Shown here piece by piece: positions 51,163-61,905 of a DNA stretch of 64,000 nucleotides. This stretch comes from Cyanobacteriota bacterium (lineage in GTDB: Bacteria > Cyanobacteriota > Cyanobacteriia > Cyanobacteriales > Nostocaceae). The notes beneath the pieces are model-generated. The model was not told the origin of the DNA, searched no databases, and saw only the letters and a program-made list of their open reading frames with translations. The translations under genes and the position numbers were made by a program. The stretch is from NCBI GenBank assembly GCA_046045965.1, contig JBJOKS010000012.1, positions 32,001 to 96,000 on the forward strand. The letters run 5' to 3'. The stretch's first letter is position 1; each line of letters starts with the position of its first letter.

Positions 51163-51337
51163 TTGTCATATATCTTTTCACAATCCCTCTATTTTAACTC
51201 TATGCTCAATTATTGATGATTTTTTTCTCAAAGTGAATTTTTTAACTAACCGCAGAGACGCAGAGGACACAGAGAGAAGAAAAAATGCTTAACTGAACTG
51301 TATTGGTTCATATACAGAATTTAAAGCAAATTGATGA

Positions 51338-52159
51338 TTACTGTTCATTTTTTGTCAATTCCTGTACAGCGTTTCTGGTAATTTCTTGGATGGTTGCTAA
51401 ATTTGGTGGTTGAGTTTCACTTTCCATATTTAACCATAAAAGATATTCAATATTTCCCGCAGGTCCTGTGATGGGAGAAAACGTTAAACCACGATATTTC
51501 CATCCTAATTCTAACGCAGTTTGTAAAACCTGAAAAATTGCATCGGCATGGTCTTTTGAATCACGCACTACACCTTTTTTACCTACACGGTTTTTACCAA
51601 CTTCAAACTGTGGTTTTACTAATAAAATTACTTCCCTTGGTGTTTGGGTTAAACGCCAAATTGCTGGTAAAACTTTAGTTAGGGAAATAAAGGAAACATC
51701 AACAACTGCTAAATCTGGAAATGTTGTTCCATCTGTATATAATTGTTCTGGTTCTAGTTCTCGTAAATTGGTACGTTCTTTTAAAATAACTCGTTCATCA
51801 TTTCTAATTTTCCAGTCAACTTGTCCATAACCCACATCAATTCCATAAACTTGGGTTGCACCATTTTGTAATAAACAATCTGTAAAACCACCTGTAGATA
51901 TTCCCCCATCTAAACAAATACGTTCATTGGCGGAAATTCCAAAAAAGGCTAAAGCTTTCGATAGTTTTTCGCCACCACGGGAAACAAAAGGAGGACGTTC
52001 TTTAACTACTATTTGTGCTGCTGTATCTACCTCAGTTCCAGGTTTATCTATCAGTTGTTCATTTACCTTCACTTCCCCAGCTTGAATTAGTCTTTGTGCT
52101 TGTTGACGGGAAGGACATAAACCCAAATCTACTAATAATGTATCTAGTCTTTGTTTCAT
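51338..52159 (-). CDS. tlyA: TlyA family rRNA methyltransferase
   Basis: S4 domain RLDTLL, FVSRGGEKL, ISTGGFTDCLLQ, DVSFISL, LVKPQFE, GNIEY. Confidence 0.95.
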   Translation of the reverse strand: MKQRLDTLLVDLGLCPSRQQAQRLIQAGEVKVNEQLIDKPGTEVDTAAQIVVKERPPFVSRGGEKLSKALAFFGISANERICLDGGISTGGFTDCLLQNGATQVYGIDVGYGQVDWKIRNDERVILKERTNLRELEPEQLYTDGTTFPDLAVVDVSFISLTKVLPAIWRLTQTPREVILLVKPQFEVGKNRVGKKGVVRDSKDHADAIFQVLQTALELGWKYRGLTFSPITGPAGNIEYLLWLNMESETQPPNLATIQEITRNAVQELTKNEQ

Positions 52160-52245
52160 ATAGCAGGGAACAGGGAACAGGGAACAGAGAAGAGATTTTG
52201 GGATATTTTACTTTTCGTTACATACTTCGTTTTTTTTCTGTTCAC

Positions 52246-52447
52246 CTACTTATATTCTCCTCTATATCTTCGTCCATATCCTTCGGATATATTAGCACCG
52301 AATAGATACAGCACTTCTTCTAATTTGTTGAACCATACCATATAACTCATCTTTGGGAAAAAGTTTAGTGAGGAAATAGCATCTTTGAGCAATATCCATT
52401 CCTTTTTGCCAAATTATTAAGTCTTTAAAGTCATTAATATCTGACAT
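52246..52447 (-). pseudogene. Four-helix-bundle (23S rRNA IVS protein / Avd-like) pseudogene, frameshifted and truncated
   Basis: Manual translation MSDINDFKDLIIWQKGMDIAQRCYFLTKLFPKDELYGMVQQIRRSAVSI, then a +1 frameshift into GANISEGYGR, stop at 52246; not in the ORF track. Confidence 0.85.
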
Positions 52448-52540
52448 TCTTCCTGTTCCCTGTTCCCTGTTCCCTGTTCCCTTCTCTCAACTTATCACTT
52501 TAGCATAACAAGTACCGAAGAACCAAATTTTCTTGATTCC

Positions 52541-55500
52541 TTACCCTAAATATTTCTCCAACATTTCTCGCACTTGTTCCACTCGAATAGGTTTAGTTAA
52601 AAAATCATTCATCCCCGCTTGTAAACAAGATTCTCTATCTTTATCTTCTTCATTGGCTGTCATGGCAATAATAACAGGACGTTGATCCGTTTGCCAATGT
52701 TCACAGATTTGGCGTGTTGCTTCTAAACCATCCATTTCTGGCATTTGCATATCCATTAATACTAAATTATAATATTTTTGGTCTAGTGCTGATATAGCTT
52801 CTTGACCATTATTCACAACATCAGCAGAATATCCTAATGTTTGCAAAACACGCAAAGCCACTTTTTGATTTACTAGGTTATCTTCTGCTATGAGAATTTT
52901 CACTTCAGATGAAGTTTTAAGGGGGTTTTTAACTAAGGGTTGAGGCAGTTTTTTGGGAGGTTTAATTTCATTATCGTTGTAAATGTACTGCAACTTTAAA
53001 AATTCAGCTAATTTATCAAAAATAATTTGTGGTTGCAATGGTTTACGTACCATATCATCACAGCCAGCAGCTTTAATTTCGGCTCTTTGTTCTTCAAATA
53101 CACTGGCAGTTAAAGCAATAATAACTACTGGTTTGTTTTGTTCTTGGCTAAGTTTCCGAATGATTTTAGTAGCCTCATATCCGTCTAATTCTGGCATTCG
53201 CATATCCATCCAAATTAGTTGCGGTTGCCATTCTTGCCATAATGTTATTGCCTCTTTTCCATTTTTGGCTTCTCTCACTTCAAACCCAATAGGTTGAAGT
53301 AACTTAACTAACAACTGACGATTATTTTCTATGTCATCAGCAATCATAATTCTATAATGAGTTTGGTCGGGTGCTAAAGTAATAATTCTGCGTGTTGATA
53401 ATGGTGAAGTAACTGCATTTGCCAAAACTGAACGGAAGCGAATTGTAAACTGAAATATACTACCCTTGCCTAAAGTGCTGTCAACGTGAATATTACCTCC
53501 CATGAGTTGTACAAATTTACGAGTGATGACTAAACCTAAGCCTGTGCCTTGATTAGATTTACGCCCTGATTCAGTTTGCACAAAAGGACTAAAAAGATGA
53601 TTTAATTCATCTGTTTCAATACCTGTTCCTGTGTCTATAACTGCAAATTTGAGAGTATTTTTTTCTTGAATTTCTACTTGAAGAGTGACGCTTCCTTGAT
53701 GAGTAAATTTAATCGCGTTACTGAGCAGATTCAGGAGAATTTGTCTGAGTTTACCCTTGTCTGTGCGAATACAATGGGGTAAATTTGGGGCTAAATCAAA
53801 ATTAAGTTTAATTCCTTTTTCTGTAGCTTTGAGTTGTAGCATTGATTGGAGTGATTCAATCAGTGTATAAAGATGAAAATTAGTTTTATTAAATGTGATT
53901 TTCCCTGCTTCAATTTTTGACATTTCTAACACATCATTAATTAAAGACAGCAAGTGTTCACCACTGGCAATAACAATATCTAAATTCTCTTTATGTTCAG
54001 CGTTGAGAGTCGGATCTCCCTGCATTAATTGAGTGAATCCTAAAATAGCATTTAAGGGTGTTCTTAATTCATGACTCATATTTGCTAAAAATTCACTTTT
54101 GGCACGGTTGGCAGCTTCTGCGGCTTTTTTTGCCTGTGCTAGTTCTAATTCTGCCTGTTTACGTTCAGTAATATCCCGTACCATGACTAATACTTCATTA
54201 TCATTGAGGGGAGTAATGCGGGTTTCTTCATATTGAATTTTTCCCTCAATTTCTAGTTGCTGTTCGTAGGTTTGTACCTTACTTATTTTTAGTGCTTTTT
54301 CTACATAATACATTCGCTCTTCTGCTCTGTCGGTGGGCAGGATATCAAAGATATTTTTCCCGTATCGACTGCGATCAGGATGGATAGGTTGAAATTCGTT
54401 ACCTACAAATATATTCAGGTAATTACCATTGCGATCTAATCGCAAAAGTAAATCGGGAATAGCTGCAATTAAAGCGCGGGTTGTAGCTTCACTCTGACCC
54501 AAATCAGCTTCAATCTTTTTGCGTTCTGTAATATCTTTGGCAATAATTATGGCGCATTTTTGTCCATAAACTTCAATAACTTCTGCTGAACTTAATAGGG
54601 TTCTGATTTCTCCTGATTTAGTACGAAATTTTGCTTCGTAATTTTGAATAAAACCGTCAGTTTGCATTGCTTGAATATAGCGATCACGGTCTTGGGGATT
54701 AATCCAACAGTTTAATGCTAGAGAATTTCTACCTATTACCTCATCTCGACTATATCCGGAAACCTCTAAAAAACTTTGATTGACTTCTAAATAGATTCCT
54801 TCTTTTAAAGTTGCGATCGCCATCGGATCAGGACTATTGCCAAACAGTGTGGTAAATTTGGCTTCTGATTCCTGTAAAGCAACTGCTAAACTAGCAAATG
54901 CTTGACGCAGTTGCTCAGACATTAGATTAAATGATTTAGCCAACTTTGATAATTCTTGAATTGGCAAATTTTCGGGGATTTTTTGATGAGGATCACCTGT
55001 TGCTATTGCTTCACTCATAATCATCAAACGTCGCAGAGGTTTAGTAATCCAACTTGATATCATTGTTCCTAGTGCGATCGCTCCCAATAATGCTCCCACA
55101 CATAATATAATTGTTGTGCGGCGATTAGCATTAATTTCCGCCATAAAATCATTTTCTGGGACAACCGTTATCACCAACCAATCCAAACCATACTCATCTT
55201 GATAAGGTTGAACTCTGACAAATTCCCGGTTTCCTTTTTCTGAAAAAATTAATTTTTCTGTGGCTTCAATTTCTTTAAATTTACCAAATTTATGCTGGAT
55301 TTCTTTGGCAGTTTTTTGTGTTAATTGATTTTTACTATCTGCACTTGCTAGGCGAATAAACTGGTTATCAATATTAGTATATGGCTTTTCTAAAGTCGAA
55401 CTTGCTACTAAATCACCAGACTTTTCAATAATAAAAATTTGTCCATGTGGAGAGGGTTTTAAATAATCTAAAAAATTGCTAATATTATCCAATGTTAAGT

Positions 55501-56164
55501 GAATAGATATTATGGCTTTTAGCTTTTCTTCCCCCTCATATATAGGTGTGCTGATAGCAATGGCGGCTGCTGGATAATTAGCCCAAGGATAAATAGAAGT
55601 CCAAACTGACTTTTTGGCCATTTTACCTGCTTGATACCAAGGACGTTGGCGAGTATCAAAATGTCTGACTAAAAATATTTCACGGGAGTTGCCTTGATTG
55701 TCTACTTCATAAGCAATATTTTTGTTACCATCAACACCATTCTGCTTGATTAACAAATACCGACCAAGCTGTCTTGCATAACCTATAGAATTGCCTTGTT
55801 CATCACCGTAAATAATTAAACTCACAGAATCGAAAAGTTTGATTTGTTCCCAAAAATTATATTTGACTTCGTTCAATTTCTTAATATTTAATTGGTTTAA
55901 TTTAACTGCATTCAAATTTAGTTTATTAATGAGATGAGGTGTGCTTAAATATTCGTTAAGGCGCAAGTTAACTTGATTATTAGTACCTTCTATGACCTGA
56001 TCTACTAGATTTTCGACTGCTTTTTGTCCACTGATAAAGGATAGATACCCAGTTATACTCACTGCTACCACAATCAGCAGCACAAAAGAAACTACCAATA
56101 GCAGCTGCAATGGTATATTTTGCGAACGACGAGTAAACTGAGTCAAGTTGTAGATTAAGCGCAT
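52541..56164 (-). CDS. Hybrid sensor histidine kinase (Cache, HAMP, 2 PAS, HisKA, HATPase, 2 REC)
   Basis: FDTRQRPWY Cache motif, DITERK twice, FLANMSHELRTPLN, GTGLGL, two receiver domains. Confidence 0.95.
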   Translation of the reverse strand: MRLIYNLTQFTRRSQNIPLQLLLVVSFVLLIVVAVSITGYLSFISGQKAVENLVDQVIEGTNNQVNLRLNEYLSTPHLINKLNLNAVKLNQLNIKKLNEVKYNFWEQIKLFDSVSLIIYGDEQGNSIGYARQLGRYLLIKQNGVDGNKNIAYEVDNQGNSREIFLVRHFDTRQRPWYQAGKMAKKSVWTSIYPWANYPAAAIAISTPIYEGEEKLKAIISIHLTLDNISNFLDYLKPSPHGQIFIIEKSGDLVASSTLEKPYTNIDNQFIRLASADSKNQLTQKTAKEIQHKFGKFKEIEATEKLIFSEKGNREFVRVQPYQDEYGLDWLVITVVPENDFMAEINANRRTTIILCVGALLGAIALGTMISSWITKPLRRLMIMSEAIATGDPHQKIPENLPIQELSKLAKSFNLMSEQLRQAFASLAVALQESEAKFTTLFGNSPDPMAIATLKEGIYLEVNQSFLEVSGYSRDEVIGRNSLALNCWINPQDRDRYIQAMQTDGFIQNYEAKFRTKSGEIRTLLSSAEVIEVYGQKCAIIIAKDITERKKIEADLGQSEATTRALIAAIPDLLLRLDRNGNYLNIFVGNEFQPIHPDRSRYGKNIFDILPTDRAEERMYYVEKALKISKVQTYEQQLEIEGKIQYEETRITPLNDNEVLVMVRDITERKQAELELAQAKKAAEAANRAKSEFLANMSHELRTPLNAILGFTQLMQGDPTLNAEHKENLDIVIASGEHLLSLINDVLEMSKIEAGKITFNKTNFHLYTLIESLQSMLQLKATEKGIKLNFDLAPNLPHCIRTDKGKLRQILLNLLSNAIKFTHQGSVTLQVEIQEKNTLKFAVIDTGTGIETDELNHLFSPFVQTESGRKSNQGTGLGLVITRKFVQLMGGNIHVDSTLGKGSIFQFTIRFRSVLANAVTSPLSTRRIITLAPDQTHYRIMIADDIENNRQLLVKLLQPIGFEVREAKNGKEAITLWQEWQPQLIWMDMRMPELDGYEATKIIRKLSQEQNKPVVIIALTASVFEEQRAEIKAAGCDDMVRKPLQPQIIFDKLAEFLKLQYIYNDNEIKPPKKLPQPLVKNPLKTSSEVKILIAEDNLVNQKVALRVLQTLGYSADVVNNGQEAISALDQKYYNLVLMDMQMPEMDGLEATRQICEHWQTDQRPVIIAMTANEEDKDRESCLQAGMNDFLTKPIRVEQVREMLEKYLG

Positions 56165-56397
56165 TTGAGTAGGTAATAAGTATTACCAAAAATCACATGA
56201 TCAGACACAGCAGAATATGGCTCACGCCACGCTATCAGGAGTTAGGAGTCAAACCATCAACCTAAATAAAAATGTTCGTAGCAAGGAATCAAATCCTCAC
56301 TACCAACTCTATTTGTATTAAAAATTCACAACTCCATATTAATTGATCAACAACACGAAGTTACCAAAAATCCTGTTTAATTTCCTTCCTTTAGATC

Positions 56398-58411
56398 AAT
56401 TTACAGTAATAATCACACCCACACTCTCATTACCCAACCTATCCACCGCAGACACCGCATAGCTTCCTGGTTGTACAGTTGCAAAGGTAGTACCAGCAGA
56501 CAAAATTCTCTGAATGATCCAATTATCTCCACTTTGACGGTAAAGAGTCCAAGAACGTACAGGTTGATTATCACCAGTTTGCCAATTTAATCTCCCATCT
56601 TGAAATTTAAGTTCTTTGGGAGGAGATGGAGGTGTTATACTTCGCCATGACATAGTAGGAACTATGGCCGGACGGGAATAATAAACTTGTTGAAATTGAT
56701 CAGCAATACCTTGGCGGTTGTCTTTGATGGAACTCATACTAAAAAAGATATTCCCCAAAGAAAAGTTTGTGGCTAAGTTGCGAGAAATTTGAATCTGTTT
56801 TTCAATTTCTGAATTTTTCCAAACTTTACCATCCAGTTGAGAAATATTGTTCCCTGTGTAAATATGTCGTTGTTTAGTATTAGTTTGAGTCCACCATTTC
56901 AGCAGAACTTCATAACTCTGTTGTGTTTGGTCTGTACGCCAATAAAGTTGAGGGGCTAAATAATCTATCCAACCTTCTTGTAACCATTTTCTAGAGTCAG
57001 CATACAGGGCATTATAGGGATCTAAACCAACAATACCTGGTGGTTGTCCAGGTCGATAAATACCAAAAGGACTAATGCCAAATTTTACATGGGATTTGGT
57101 TTTTTTAATGCCCTCAGATAAACGGAATACCATTTGATTAACGTTTTCTCTTCGCCAGTCTTCTAAGCTCAATTTACCGCCATTGGCTTTATAAGCGGCG
57201 TAGGTTTTATTATCAGGAAAAGATTGACCAGATATAGGATAGGGGTAAAAATAATCATCTAGATGAATACCATCTACATCGTAACGGTTGAGAACATCAA
57301 TAATCACATTGTAAGCTCGATCTTGAACAATTTTTGCACCAGGGTCCATCCATAATTGATTACCCCATTGATAGACAACTTCGGGATTAGTGATAGCTAT
57401 ATGGGGACGGACATTAGCACCACTTTTGGTAGTAGTTTTGGCACGATATGGGTTAAACCAAGCATGAACTTCAATATTGCGTTTATGACATTCAGCGATC
57501 GCAAATTCTAAAGGATCATAAAATGGTTCTGGTGCTTTTCCCTGGGTTCCCGTAATCCAAGCACTCCAAGGTTCTAACGCCGAAGCATATAAAGCATCAC
57601 CTTCTGGCCGCACCTGTAAAATCAAAGCATTAAAATTTAAAGACTGTAATTGTTTAATAATTTCCAGTAGTTCCGTTTTCTGTTGTTCAACACTCAACCC
57701 CGCTTTAGAAGGCCAATCACTATTCCACACAGTCGTCACCCAAGCACCTCGAAACTCGCGGTTATGACTTACCCGCACAGTCTTGGGTTCAGTTCCAGAT
57801 GATGGCGGTACGACAATATATTCAGAAGCAATTTTTTCTGCCTTTCCCAAATATACCAAAGCTTGATATACCATCACAGCCACCTCAGCACGAGTAGCAG
57901 CCATTCTGGGGTTGAGTAATTTAATATTCGGATAACTAGCCACCCAACCAACACCAGTGGCGATCGCCGCCTGATTTATCCCATAATTAGGAATTGCAGC
58001 TGCATCCTGATAGATTTGCGGTAATTTACTTAATAGGTCAGGCTGGACTTGACCAGCAATTCCCAAACCATTCACCATCGCAACTAAAACATCACCCCTG
58101 GAAATACTATCATTAGGGCGAAAAGTCCGATCAGGGTAGCCAACCAGAAATCCAGTTTCGTAAACCTTTTTAACTGCACTATTAGCCCAGAACGTAATAG
58201 GAACATCCGCAAAAGGTACGTATTCCCGTTTTTTAGTCACCGTAAATACAGCACCGATAATAGCCGCAAATTCCGCACGAGTAACAGGAAAATCAGGGCG
58301 AAAAGTCCCATCCCGATAGCCATTCAATATCCGACGCTGGGCTAAAGCCTGAATAAATAAACGCGCCCAATGATTTTGAATATCAGGAAATGATGTAGAA
58401 GTAGATACCAT
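56398..58411 (-). CDS. SLH-domain protein with GHL10 (DUF187) glycoside hydrolase domain
   Basis: Three SLH repeats (GYRDGTFRPD..VTRAEFA); EFRGAWVTTV, HAWFNPYR, DGIHLDDYFYP, DYLAPQLYW. Confidence 0.92.
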
Positions 58412-58482
58412 TGTTGATTGTTATATCAAGTACATTTAAATAGTTATCATATCTGTGAGAGCAGGGAATAGGGAATAGGGAA

Positions 58483-58835
58483 TATAGCGATCCTAAATAA
58501 GATGTGAACACCTCTTTTTTGTCTGCCTCTGCGCTCTCTGCGTCTGGAGCGGTATGGCTAACGCCACGCTCCGCGAACGTTAAAAAAAATACCGTGATGC
58601 CTCCGGCACACTAAGTGAACTCATATCTTGCACCAGGCGACCGTAAGTCTGTAAGTCACAACTACACAAACAAAACCCACCTGCGTGGGTTTCAAACCCT
58701 TGATTTTCCGTGAGTCCATGCAGACGGACTTAGTTTGTATAGCGGTGTATCCCTAACGGGATCTGGAGGCATCTTTCTAATCACCTAGTCTTGGTGCAAG
58801 ATGTGTGTGAACACAACTCAAATAGGATTGCTATA
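58483..58835. mobile_element. Outer MITE-like element carrying nested insertions
   Basis: Imperfect TIRs of about 24 bp: TATAGCGATCCTAAATAAGATGTG / CACAACTCAAATAGGATTGCTATA. Confidence 0.75.
58620..58807. mobile_element. Inner MITE, 188 bp, with 4-bp TSD TGAA
   Basis: TIRs CTCATATCTTGCACCA / TGGTGCAAGATGTGTG; TGAA at 58616-58619 and 58808-58811. Confidence 0.8.
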
Positions 58836-58906
58836 GAGAGCAGTCAGGGGAAGCAGGGGAGAAAAGGGAAAATATTTCCCCAATTCCCAATTCCCTTATT
58901 TACGAA

Positions 58907-59866
58907 TTACGAATTAGCACACTCAAATAAATGCAACCCCAACCTTTGCGATAGTTCCTCACACACCTTCACCCCCCGCACACTATTACCTCGCACATCT
59001 AGCAGAGGTGAAAACACACCAATTCCCATCTGTCCGGGAACAACTGCAATAATTCCCCCACAAACGCCGCTTTTCGCCGGAATTCCCACTTTATAAGCCC
59101 ATTCACCCGCAAAGTTATACATCCCACAGGTGTACATCACACTTAATATATCTTTGATATAACAACTATCTACCGCTTTCTCTTTGGTAATTGGGTTAAC
59201 TCCTTTATTAGCGAGAGTGGCAGCCATAATTGCCAAATCTCGACAATTTACCATCACAGAACATTGTTGAAAATATAAATCTAGTGCTTCTTCAATATTT
59301 TGGTCAATCATGCCAAAATTTAGCATCAAATGGGCAGTAGCGCGGTTACGGTGTCCCGTGCTGCGTTCGGAAGTAAATACCGAAATATCCACAAACACAT
59401 CCCGACCAATATAGCGCCGATACATTGCTAATAAGCGATTGAGCCGTTCTGTTGCCCCATTACCTTTAATTAAACTAGTAGTAGCTATAGCCCCAGCATT
59501 TACCATTGGGTTATAGGGTCGCTTAGATTGTTCATCAAGGATAATGGCGTTAAATGCCTCCCCAGTCGGTTCTACCCCCACCCTAGTTAACACATAATCC
59601 CGTCCATGATCCTCTAAAGCTTGTCCATAGACAAACACCTTAGAAATTGATTGGATAGTAAATAGCTGTTGAAAATCACCGACTTCATAAATCTGACCAT
59701 CTATAGTAGCAATACAGATGCTAAACAAGTTGGGGTTTACTTTTGCCAGTTCGGGAATATAGTTTGCTACTGTACCCTCTTGCAGAGATTTGTACTGGGA
59801 ATGCAAATCTTTGAGAACTTCCGAAAATGCTGATGAACCTATTTCTTGATCTTGTAAGTTTGCCAT
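58907..59866 (-). CDS. glsA: Glutaminase A
   Basis: [15 protein letters not shown] (SxxK), [25 protein letters not shown]. Confidence 0.95.
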   Translation of the reverse strand: MANLQDQEIGSSAFSEVLKDLHSQYKSLQEGTVANYIPELAKVNPNLFSICIATIDGQIYEVGDFQQLFTIQSISKVFVYGQALEDHGRDYVLTRVGVEPTGEAFNAIILDEQSKRPYNPMVNAGAIATTSLIKGNGATERLNRLLAMYRRYIGRDVFVDISVFTSERSTGHRNRATAHLMLNFGMIDQNIEEALDLYFQQCSVMVNCRDLAIMAATLANKGVNPITKEKAVDSCYIKDILSVMYTCGMYNFAGEWAYKVGIPAKSGVCGGIIAVVPGQMGIGVFSPLLDVRGNSVRGVKVCEELSQRLGLHLFECANS

Positions 59867-60670
59867 AGGGCTGATAACTTGCTAATAACTATTATATGTG
59901 ATGGATCAGTCCTGTCCAGTCGTATAAATGTATTTTTTTTGACATTCAAAACTCAACTTTACAAGCTGACAACTCTTTTTTATTTTCCCATCATTGCTTT
60001 TTTTTTGATTTCCAAAATGGATAATGCCATTATTGCCAGTTTTACAATCGTAAAATTACGTAAATTAATAATTTTTACTATACTAAAATTTTTGGAATTT
60101 ACTAGAATTATTTTGATGATGATTTACTAAATTTTTCCTGGGAATTAAAAAAATCTCATCATCGGTTTTTTCTTAAAAATCCTTTATTTTATGCTTAAAA
60201 AGGAAATTATATCAAAATATTAATCAAAAAAATTTACGTGTAAATCTATAGAATTTGAATTGTCATCTGTAATTTTTTACCAAAAATCAAATTTGTTTTG
60301 AGTTAAATATATTACTTTATGTGAAATATTGTCTATCTATCAATCAAGGTATTAGCATACTCATTTAACATCAGCCTAATATTTTGTTTTCATAAAAAAT
60401 TATTCAGATCCCGAAAAAAAATGTTACATATCCCAAAACCTGACTTGCAAAAGGTTTTGACCGAGAAAATCGAATGTGTTGAGGGAGAACCTGAGCAAGA
60501 CTTACGCTAAAACCCTGATCCCCAAGCCTAAAAGTTCATGTTACTCTGTTGCAGTTATAAACAAAAAGTGAAAGCGGAACGAGTTCGAGTTTCAGGGTCT
60601 ATCACCATCACAAGTGAAAAACCCACAGATTAAAAAACTTAAGTTCTACAGTCGCTTTAAAATCGGACGC

Positions 60671-61780
60671 ATGAATCAAAGACATTTGTGGACTACTGTC
60701 GCTGTGTTTCTGTCTGTTTTGAGTCTACCCGCAGTGGGTCATGCTCAAACCACCAAGGGAAACACTCCAACTTCCCAAACATCTGCTCTAGCTGATGTAG
60801 TGAAAGTGGGAGAGTATCAATCCCCGACACAGGAAACCTCCTTGGATGCTGTGAACACACAAATTCATCCTCACAGCATTGAAGGCCGTCAAGCGGCAAC
60901 TCTTTACATCCGAAATATTCCCGTTCTTACCTTTTTGGGTTCTGCCCCAGTCAAGAGTGCAGAAACAAAAGTGGGAACAATTGGAAATAGTGAGGGTGTT
61001 AAATCATCTACCCTGGCAGCTAGTAACTCAGCCAAGGTAGCCAGTGTAGGAAGTGGGATAGATGTGAGCAAATCTCCTAGCTCCATTATTGCCGATGACC
61101 CAGTACAGAGAGCCGGCTTATTAGCCTCGAAAATCAATCAGCTAATTCGGGAAAATGCAGACGCAAGCCAAATTACCGTCAGCTGGAAAACAGGGGAAAA
61201 ATCTCCAGTCAATCATAATAAAGCCCAAGACAAAGGCTCCTCTGTTCAACAACAGCTAGATCGCTACACCATCAAAATCAACGGTAAAGAATTGGTGGAA
61301 ATCAATGCAGCCACCCAACTAGCAGATAGTACCAGAAATCCAGCACAAGATGCTTTACAAGCAACCAATCGCCTGCGGAGACTCATAGGTAACGCATCTC
61401 CAATTAGCGAAATTGCCAACTTACCAGCAAATACAACCATCTCCATGCCCAAGTTACCTCAACAGGTTGCTATTGGTGGCATCAAACTCAACTTCAAAGG
61501 CATAGCTTCCTGGTATGGTTATGATTGGGCGGGCAGGAAAACTGCCAATGGAGAGAGATATAATCCCGAAGGAATGACAGCAGCACACCGCAGTTTACCG
61601 ATGGGAACAAAAGTTCGTGTGACTAACACCCGGAATGGCCAGTCTGTGGTTGTGCGAATTAATGACCGTGGTCCCTACATCGGTGGTCGAATTATTGACC
61701 TTTCTCTGGGTGCAGCCCGGATGTTAGGAATGATCAACAGTGGAGTTGCTCCAGTGCGTATTGATGTGCTGGGAAGATAA
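60671..61780 (+). CDS. rlpA: Septal ring lytic transglycosylase RlpA family protein
   Basis: Signal peptide; C-terminal DPBB domain [36 protein letters not shown] at 60671. Confidence 0.92.
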   Translation: MNQRHLWTTVAVFLSVLSLPAVGHAQTTKGNTPTSQTSALADVVKVGEYQSPTQETSLDAVNTQIHPHSIEGRQAATLYIRNIPVLTFLGSAPVKSAETKVGTIGNSEGVKSSTLAASNSAKVASVGSGIDVSKSPSSIIADDPVQRAGLLASKINQLIRENADASQITVSWKTGEKSPVNHNKAQDKGSSVQQQLDRYTIKINGKELVEINAATQLADSTRNPAQDALQATNRLRRLIGNASPISEIANLPANTTISMPKLPQQVAIGGIKLNFKGIASWYGYDWAGRKTANGERYNPEGMTAAHRSLPMGTKVRVTNTRNGQSVVVRINDRGPYIGGRIIDLSLGAARMLGMINSGVAPVRIDVLGR

Positions 61781-61905
61781 CGCGCTTTTTCGGACAAACT
61801 CATTTTCGCTCTTCACTATTGTTGTTTCCCCTGGTTCATTTATCCCTAACCCCAATTTTCGATAAACTAACGGGGGAGAGGATAGAGAAGAACTAGGGGT
61901 ATTTT

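Noticed and set aside
59879..60130. 83-aa hydrophobic ORF upstream of glsA
   Set aside because: TTG start, extremely AT-rich, lies in a divergent promoter region
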